The notes beneath the pieces were generated by a model. It was not told the DNA's origin and did not search any database. It saw only the letters and a list, made by a program, of their open reading frames with translations. A DNA stretch of 64,000 nucleotides from positions 19,365 through 83,364 of the forward strand of contig JBCDFZ010000022.1 in the NCBI GenBank assembly GCA_039177115.1, read 5' to 3'. Position 1 is the stretch's first letter; each line of letters begins with the position of its first letter. Position numbers and translations under genes: made by a program. Origin of the DNA: Myxococcota bacterium. Its GTDB lineage: Bacteria; Myxococcota_A; Polyangia; Polyangiales; Houyiibacteriaceae. This document shows, one piece after another, positions 58,481 through 64,000 of the stretch.

Positions 58481-59533
58481 ATGAACGTTTTGGTCACCGG
58501 AGGCGCCGGATTCATTGGCGCCAACTTTCTCAATCTCCTGGTGCCTCGATTTCCGGAGCATCGGTTCGTCAACCTCGACAAACTCACGTATGCGGCGAAC
58601 CTCGGAAGCCTTCGAGCCGTCGACTCGCTGCCGAACTACCAGCTCGAGCGCGTCGACATCACCGACGCCGACGCCGTCTCAAAAACGTTCGACGAGCACG
58701 ACCCCGACCTCGTGGTGCACTTCGCTGCGGAAAGCCACGTCGACCGAAGCATTCTGGGGCCTCGCGAGTTCATTCGCACCAACATCGAGGGCACCTTCAA
58801 CCTCCTCGAGGCCTGTCGCGCGCGCTGGACGTCCGATGGGTCACGCCTCTTCCACCACGTGAGCACCGACGAGGTCTACGGGTCGCTTGGCGATACCGGC
58901 CTCTTCCTCGAAACCACGTCCTACGACACCTCGAGCCCTTACTCCGCGTCGAAGGCGGCGAGCGATCACATCGTCCGCGCGTACCACCGCACCTACGGCC
59001 TTCCCGTGAAGATCACCAACTGCTCGAACAACTACGGCCCGATGCAGTTCCCCGAGAAGCTCATCCCGCTGATGATCCTCAACGCAGTGGAACGGAAGCC
59101 GCTGCCTATTTATGGGAAAGGCGTGAACGTGCGCGACTGGCTCTACGTCGAAGACCACTGCGAGGCGATCTGGCGCGTCATCGAACGTGGCGAGGTGGGC
59201 CGGACCTACAACATCGGCGGCAACAACGAGATGAAGAACATCGACGTCGTCGATTCTCTTTGCCGCATAGTTGCGGAGGAAACTGGCGCCGACGCGCAGG
59301 AGTTGCTCGCACTGAAGGAGTTCGTGCAGGACCGACCCGGGCACGACATGCGCTACGCGATCGACGCGACGCGGGTGCAGCGCGAATGTGGCTGGGAGCC
59401 CAAGGAGAGCTTCGACACCGGAATCCGCAAGACCGTGAAGTGGTATCTCTCCAACGAGGACTGGGTTCGGGACGTGCGTTCGGGCGACTACCGCAAATGG
59501 ATTGACCTCAACTACGGCGAGCGCAAGGCGTGA
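58481..59533 (+). CDS. rfbB: dTDP-glucose 4,6-dehydratase
   Basis: [23 protein letters not shown] and [10 protein letters not shown]. 350 aa. Confidence 0.95.
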   Translation: MNVLVTGGAGFIGANFLNLLVPRFPEHRFVNLDKLTYAANLGSLRAVDSLPNYQLERVDITDADAVSKTFDEHDPDLVVHFAAESHVDRSILGPREFIRTNIEGTFNLLEACRARWTSDGSRLFHHVSTDEVYGSLGDTGLFLETTSYDTSSPYSASKAASDHIVRAYHRTYGLPVKITNCSNNYGPMQFPEKLIPLMILNAVERKPLPIYGKGVNVRDWLYVEDHCEAIWRVIERGEVGRTYNIGGNNEMKNIDVVDSLCRIVAEETGADAQELLALKEFVQDRPGHDMRYAIDATRVQRECGWEPKESFDTGIRKTVKWYLSNEDWVRDVRSGDYRKWIDLNYGERKA

Positions 59534-59552
59534 GCACCACGCGAGGCGAACA

Positions 59553-60434
59553 ATGATTAGCAAGGGCATCATCCTGGCAGGCGGCACGGGCACCCGGCTC
59601 CACCCCCTCACGAAGGGGGTGAGCAAGCAGCTCATGCCGATTTACGACAAGCCCATGATCTACTACCCGCTGTCGACGCTGATGCTCGCGGGGATTCGGG
59701 ACGTTCTCGTGATCACCACGCCGCACGAGCAGGCGCTGTTTCAAGCGCTCCTCGGCAACGGACAAGGGTGGGGGCTTCGCATCGAGTACGCTGTTCAGCC
59801 GAGCCCCGACGGGCTTGCACAGGCGTTTCTCATCGGCGAACCGTTCATCGACGGCGACGCGTGTGCCCTCGTACTCGGCGACAACATCTTTTACGGCCAT
59901 GGGCTCCAAGGGCTTCTCATGGAGAGCGCTCAGCAAGACCAAGGCGCCACGGTGTTTGGCTATTACGTCAGCAACCCTACCGCGTACGGCGTGGCCGAGT
60001 TCGACGAGACCGGAACGGTCATCGGCCTCGAGGAGAAACCGGCGAATCCCAAGTCGAACTACGCCGTTGCAGGCCTCTACTTCTACGACCAGCACGTCGT
60101 CGAGCACGCCAAGGCGCTCGAGCCTTCGAACCGCGGGGAACTCGAAATCACCGACCTCAATCGTCGGTACCTCGACCAGGGGAATCTAAGGCTCACTAAG
60201 TTTGGGCGCGGCGTGGCGTGGCTCGACACCGGCACGCCTGAGGCGCTTCTTCAAGCCGCGAATTTCGTGCAAACGATTCAAGAGCGACAGGGCCTTCGCG
60301 CATCGTGTCCCGAGGAGATCGCGTTCCGAAAAGGCTGGATTGACGCGGCGCAGCTTCGTGCACTCGCAGATCCTCTCGCGAAAACCGCCTACGGCCAGTA
60401 CCTCCGAGAGCTCGCCGATGGCCGAGACGTCTGA
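59553..60434 (+). CDS. rfbA: Glucose-1-phosphate thymidylyltransferase
   Basis: Internal Met of ORF 59502-60434. [38 protein letters not shown]. Confidence 0.95.
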   Translation: MISKGIILAGGTGTRLHPLTKGVSKQLMPIYDKPMIYYPLSTLMLAGIRDVLVITTPHEQALFQALLGNGQGWGLRIEYAVQPSPDGLAQAFLIGEPFIDGDACALVLGDNIFYGHGLQGLLMESAQQDQGATVFGYYVSNPTAYGVAEFDETGTVIGLEEKPANPKSNYAVAGLYFYDQHVVEHAKALEPSNRGELEITDLNRRYLDQGNLRLTKFGRGVAWLDTGTPEALLQAANFVQTIQERQGLRASCPEEIAFRKGWIDAAQLRALADPLAKTAYGQYLRELADGRDV

Positions 60435-60985
60435 TGCAGGTGACTGAGGGCGAGATTCCGGGCCTGCTGATCATCGACCCGGTGGTTCACGGTGACTCAC
60501 GCGGCTTCTTCATGGAGACCTACGCGAGGCGCCGCTACGTCGAAGTCGGCATCGATACGTCGTTCGTGCAGGACAATCTCTCGGCTTCTGAACGCGGGAT
60601 CCTGCGTGGGCTTCATCTCCAGCACCCGAGCGACCAAGGCAAGCTCTGTTCGGTGCTGGTTGGCGAGGTGTTCGACGTGGCGGTCGACGTACGGGTCGGC
60701 TCCCCGCATTTCGGCAAGTGGCAGGGCGTCACGCTCTCTGCGGACAACCATCGGCAGTTCTACGTTCCGCCGGGGTTCGCCCATGGCTTTTGCGTCGTGA
60801 GTGAGCGTGCCTTGTTTTCCTACAAGTGTACCGACCACTACGCCGCCGACCACGAGATCGGGATCGCCTGGGACGACGAGGATATCGGTATCGACTGGCC
60901 CATCGACGACCCGACGCTTTCCAGCAAAGATGGCGCGAACTCAAAGCTTCGAGACCTGACCGATCGGCTCCCTCGCTACGGCTGA
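60434..60985 (+). CDS. rfbC: dTDP-4-dehydrorhamnose 3,5-epimerase
   Basis: DSRGFFMETY, RGLHLQ and VPPGFAHGF. The start overlaps the rfbA stop (TGATG). Confidence 0.93.
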   Translation: MQVTEGEIPGLLIIDPVVHGDSRGFFMETYARRRYVEVGIDTSFVQDNLSASERGILRGLHLQHPSDQGKLCSVLVGEVFDVAVDVRVGSPHFGKWQGVTLSADNHRQFYVPPGFAHGFCVVSERALFSYKCTDHYAADHEIGIAWDDEDIGIDWPIDDPTLSSKDGANSKLRDLTDRLPRYG

Positions 60986-61317
60986 GGCCTGCCCTGCCGG
61001 GTCGTGAAGTCTCGAAGGGCTTCCGCGACGCGCGCGACCCGCTCTGCCGCGTTGGCAGGCCAGGCCCGCTCCATCTCGCGAATCGCAGCGCCCGCATGGG
61101 CGATTCGAGCGCGCTCCTCGGTCCCCGCTTGGCGATAGCGCTTGCGCAGGTCTTTCAGAGCCCAGACGTAAGGCGGGGTTTCCCACAGGTGCCACCTCGC
61201 GCACTCGGTGTGGACGAAGTACCGGCGCTGCTCGAGCCAACGAGGTTCGCCCGTCTTGAAGCGACGGCCGCAGTGTCGGCAGCTGTCGGGCCAGTTGTGC
61301 GGCGTTGGCTCGGCCAT
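60976..61317 (-). CDS. Hypothetical small protein with CxxC...HxxC zinc-ribbon-like motif
   Basis: Internal Met of ORF 60976-61353. NWPDSCRHCGRRF...FVHTECARW. No known family recognised. Confidence 0.4.
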   Translation of the reverse strand: MAEPTPHNWPDSCRHCGRRFKTGEPRWLEQRRYFVHTECARWHLWETPPYVWALKDLRKRYRQAGTEERARIAHAGAAIREMERAWPANAAERVARVAEALRDFTTRQGRPQP

Positions 61318-61454
61318 CCGTCCGATGTGCGCGACCGCCGATCCCGGGGTCAAGACTCAAGGGTGAGCCCCTTCAGCATTGCGCCGAAGTTCGCGTTCGT
61401 TTCCCCCAAACTCCGCGCTGGCCTCGCGAGTGTCCATGACCCTAAACTTTCCCC

Positions 61455-62132
61455 ATGCCCGAGCAACTAGCCGACGGCGTGTGGGCCGCGGACATGCCTC
61501 TGCGCTTCTATGGGCTCGAGTTCGGCGCACGGATGACACTGGTGCGCCTGTCGAACGGGGGCCTGTTAATGCACTCGCCCATCGCAATCGACCCTTCGAT
61601 GAAAGCGGACATCGATGCGCTCGGCCCAGTAACGCACATCCTCGCGCCGAACATCTATCACCACGTCAGCATGACGCCGGCGATTGAACTCTACCCGGAC
61701 GCGAAGGTCCACCTCGCGCCTGGGCTCAGCAAGAAGCGTCCGGACCTCCCCGCCCATGCCGTGCTGAGCGGCACTCCCGACGAAGACTGGGGAGGCGACA
61801 TCGAGCCGATTCCCATCGGTGGCTACATGCTCAAGGAGACCGTCTTCGTACATCGGCCGTCAGGAACGCTCATCTGCTCCGATCTCGTCGAGAACTTCGG
61901 AACCTCCGACCACTGGTACACGCGGATGTTCCTCAAGGTCAACGGCGTGCACGGAAAGCCCGGCGTGAGCCGCGCCCTCCGCATGGCCTATCGGGACAAG
62001 CGCGCCACGCGAAAGAGCATCGACGCGATCCTCGAACACCCCATCGAGAAGATTGCCCTCGCGCACGGCAACCCGATCCACACCAACGCCCGCGAAATAC
62101 TCCGCGAGGCGTACTCGTGGATCCCGGCCTGA
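61455..62132 (+). CDS. DUF4336-like protein (metallo-beta-lactamase-like fold, tentative)
   Basis: 225 aa. GVWAADMPLRFYGLEFGARMTLVRLSNGGLLMHSPI...HILAPNIYHH resembles the DUF4336 pattern as I recall it. Confidence 0.65.
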   Translation: MPEQLADGVWAADMPLRFYGLEFGARMTLVRLSNGGLLMHSPIAIDPSMKADIDALGPVTHILAPNIYHHVSMTPAIELYPDAKVHLAPGLSKKRPDLPAHAVLSGTPDEDWGGDIEPIPIGGYMLKETVFVHRPSGTLICSDLVENFGTSDHWYTRMFLKVNGVHGKPGVSRALRMAYRDKRATRKSIDAILEHPIEKIALAHGNPIHTNAREILREAYSWIPA

Positions 62133-62212
62133 GCGTCGAGACGAATCCGTCGCGCTGCTCGACTCTGGTGCTTCCCTGCGAAGACGTGTAGGCTACGCGG
62201 ACCGGAGGCTTC

Positions 62213-63682
62213 GTGAGACCCAAGCTGCGCATCCGGCCGGGCAACCTTCTCGCCGCAGAGATTCGCGCGAACCGCGCCATTCCGCTTGGTAGGTACCTTC
62301 AAGGCTTGGCGCATGCCTCTGCGCTTGCATCTCTGCTGACCCTTTCCGCTTGCGGAGACTCGCCGTCGAACGTCGACGACCCCCCGCCCGAGGACCCTCC
62401 TCCGGATCCGCCTGCGACCGTGGATCCGCCACGGCGGCCGTCGCCCGAGCGTCCGCGAACGCCGCGCGTCCCCGACCCGCTGACTGAGTGGATTTCGCCC
62501 GAGCAGGCCATCCTTCCGGAATGCGACGGCTACACGTGGGGTGTGCCCGATCGGATCAACCCGGCCATCACGGACTGGGACTACCTTGCCGTGACTGCGT
62601 GCGATTACTTCTCGTGTCCGGGGACCTTCGAGGTTGGGACGCCTTGCAGGACCGAGGAAGACGCCGCTTCCTGCCAGGAGCAGGTCGAGGGCGTGAAGAA
62701 CGGATCGCCGCCACGACTCATCACCACGCGCGGAGCAGAAGTGACCACATATGTCGGGGAAGAGGCGCTGTTGGAGTTCCTCGGGCCGGTCGACACGCCT
62801 CAAGAAGCCATGCTGGTCGCGTTCTTCGACTGGTTCTCGGTGCGCTGCAACGATCCGAGCGTCGGTGCAGTGCGGCTGGCGGCAGATGGCTACGATGTTG
62901 TCGCCACGAAGATCACCGCCGAGTGCGATCCCATCATCGAGACCCGTTATTTGCTTCACGTCGGCAGCGACGGACAGATCACGGAGCTCGACTCCGAGGC
63001 CTATAGCGTCGAGTTCGGACTGTGCATCGGTCGGCGTCCCGAGGGCCTTCACGAGCGAGTTCGTTCAAGCGATGAACGGAGCCCGGGGACGCACTTCGCC
63101 AACATCGCCACCCTCGAGGCCGCCGCCGTCACGGCTTTTGAGCGTCTCGCTGCGGACCTGACGGACCTCGGCGCACCTCGAGAACTCGTCGACGATGCCC
63201 GAGCGGCTGCCCGGGACGAAGCGCGTCACGCGTCGATTATGGGCACGGTCGCGCGTCACTTCGGGACGGAGCCAGAGCCGCCCTCGATCGCACCTCCCGA
63301 ATCTCGCGATACCTTTGCCATCGCGCTCGAGAACGCCGTCGAAGGCTGCGTCCGCGAGACCTTCGGCGCGCTGGCCGGCTGCTACCAGGGGCTCCGCGCC
63401 TCCGATCCGGTCGTCGCAGCCGCGATGCGCTCGGTTTCCGAAGACGAAGTCCGGCACGCCGACCTCTCGCATCGAGTGGATGCCTTCCTCCAGACGCGCC
63501 TCACTCCAGCAGAGCGCGCTCGCCTGGCCGAGGCCAAGCGGGACGCGATTCTCGGGCTGCGTCGAGAGCTCGATGCACCTCGTTCGCCTGGGCTTGCAAC
63601 CGTCGCCGGTCACCCCCCGCCGGAGATTGCGTCGACATGGATTCATCAGCTCGAACGAGACGTGTGGCAAACGGGCGCATGA
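62213..63682 (+). CDS. Lipoprotein with Pro-rich linker, Cys-containing middle domain and C-terminal ferritin-like (di-iron ExxH x2) domain
   Basis: ASLLTLSAC|GD lipobox. DPPPEDPPPDPP linker. The C-terminal four-helix pattern has DEARHA and DEVRHA. The start is uncertain. Confidence 0.7.
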   Translation: MRPKLRIRPGNLLAAEIRANRAIPLGRYLQGLAHASALASLLTLSACGDSPSNVDDPPPEDPPPDPPATVDPPRRPSPERPRTPRVPDPLTEWISPEQAILPECDGYTWGVPDRINPAITDWDYLAVTACDYFSCPGTFEVGTPCRTEEDAASCQEQVEGVKNGSPPRLITTRGAEVTTYVGEEALLEFLGPVDTPQEAMLVAFFDWFSVRCNDPSVGAVRLAADGYDVVATKITAECDPIIETRYLLHVGSDGQITELDSEAYSVEFGLCIGRRPEGLHERVRSSDERSPGTHFANIATLEAAAVTAFERLAADLTDLGAPRELVDDARAAARDEARHASIMGTVARHFGTEPEPPSIAPPESRDTFAIALENAVEGCVRETFGALAGCYQGLRASDPVVAAAMRSVSEDEVRHADLSHRVDAFLQTRLTPAERARLAEAKRDAILGLRRELDAPRSPGLATVAGHPPPEIASTWIHQLERDVWQTGA

Positions 63683-63704
63683 GACCCCGGCTACTTCAAT
63701 GAAT

Positions 63705-63986
63705 CTAGCCGCGGACGCCCCAGAACCGTGCGAGGTCGCCGTGACGGTCTGCGAGGCCCTTGAGTTCTTCAGGAAGACCCACGACCACGAATCCGATGCC
63801 GCGATCCCGGCCGAGTCGATGCCCGGTTCGGTTCAGTTCGAGCGCTGAGACGTGGCACGAATGGGCGATGACGAGGATGCGGTCGGCAAGCCGCGCCGCC
63901 CGGCGGAGGGCTTGGCCTTCGAACGGGCCGTCCCAGGCGTCGAGCCGCACCCGCTCGCTGCCGGGCTCGGCACGAATGTACTCCAC
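63705..63986 (-). CDS. C-terminal part of a possible P-loop ATPase (ParA/MinD/BY-kinase-like); may extend beyond the window
   Basis: ADRILVIAHSCHVSALELNRTGHRLGRDRGIGFVVVGL resembles the distal strand-helix-strand of SIMIBI/BY-kinase ATPases. The upstream part lies off-window. Confidence 0.3.
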   Translation of the reverse strand: MEYIRAEPGSERVRLDAWDGPFEGQALRRAARLADRILVIAHSCHVSALELNRTGHRLGRDRGIGFVVVGLPEELKGLADRHGDLARFWGVRG

Positions 63987-64000
63987 GGGCCGAACCGAAG

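Overview
Hand annotation of a 64-kb, densely coding chromosomal segment that is visibly GC-rich (roughly two-thirds G+C by eye, not computed). I can support about 59 protein-coding genes, one gene remnant and a handful of short DNA motifs. I found no rRNA, tRNA, CRISPR array, transposase, integrase or phage gene.

The content is mostly core metabolism and housekeeping:
- Redox, central carbon and iron: pntAA-pntAB-pntB transhydrogenase, transketolase, Tpx and FeoAB.
- Housekeeping genes: TrxB, Slt lytic transglycosylase, ProS, YqeY, RsgA and Orn.
- Lipid metabolism: a FadL-like outer-membrane channel, a WS/DGAT acyltransferase, two beta-oxidation modules (thiolase plus hydroxyacyl-CoA dehydrogenase at 25.1-27.7 kb, fadA-fadB at 48.0-51.4 kb) and an isovaleryl-CoA-dehydrogenase-like gene.
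- Repair, sulfur and sugar: LigD/Ku end joining, CysD/CysNC and rmlB-rmlA-rmlC.
- Interspersed genes: lipoproteins, HEAT-repeat proteins, a PEGA-domain Ser/Thr kinase and regulators (NhaR-like LysR, TetR).

This mix suggests a Myxococcota-like deltaproteobacterium, which is inference only.

I do not see a convincing self-contained novel multi-gene system. The most checkable unusual items are:
1. An identical ATGTAG-N7-CTACA palindrome on the LysR gene start and in the next divergent promoter.
2. A TLC/Npt-like transporter fused to HEAT repeats, directly downstream of pntB.
3. Nested long-range inverted repeats bracketing the 209-bp thiolase-proS spacer.
4. A CysNC whose APS-kinase domain has lost its catalytic motifs.
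5. Two translationally coupled tandem paralogs of unknown family, preceded by a perfect 17-bp-arm palindrome.
6. A ligD-globin-rsgA string divergent from ku.

CDS coordinates come from arithmetic on the ORF track. Coordinates of short motifs were indexed by hand and may be off by 1-2 nt. No database search, fold prediction or statistics could be run.
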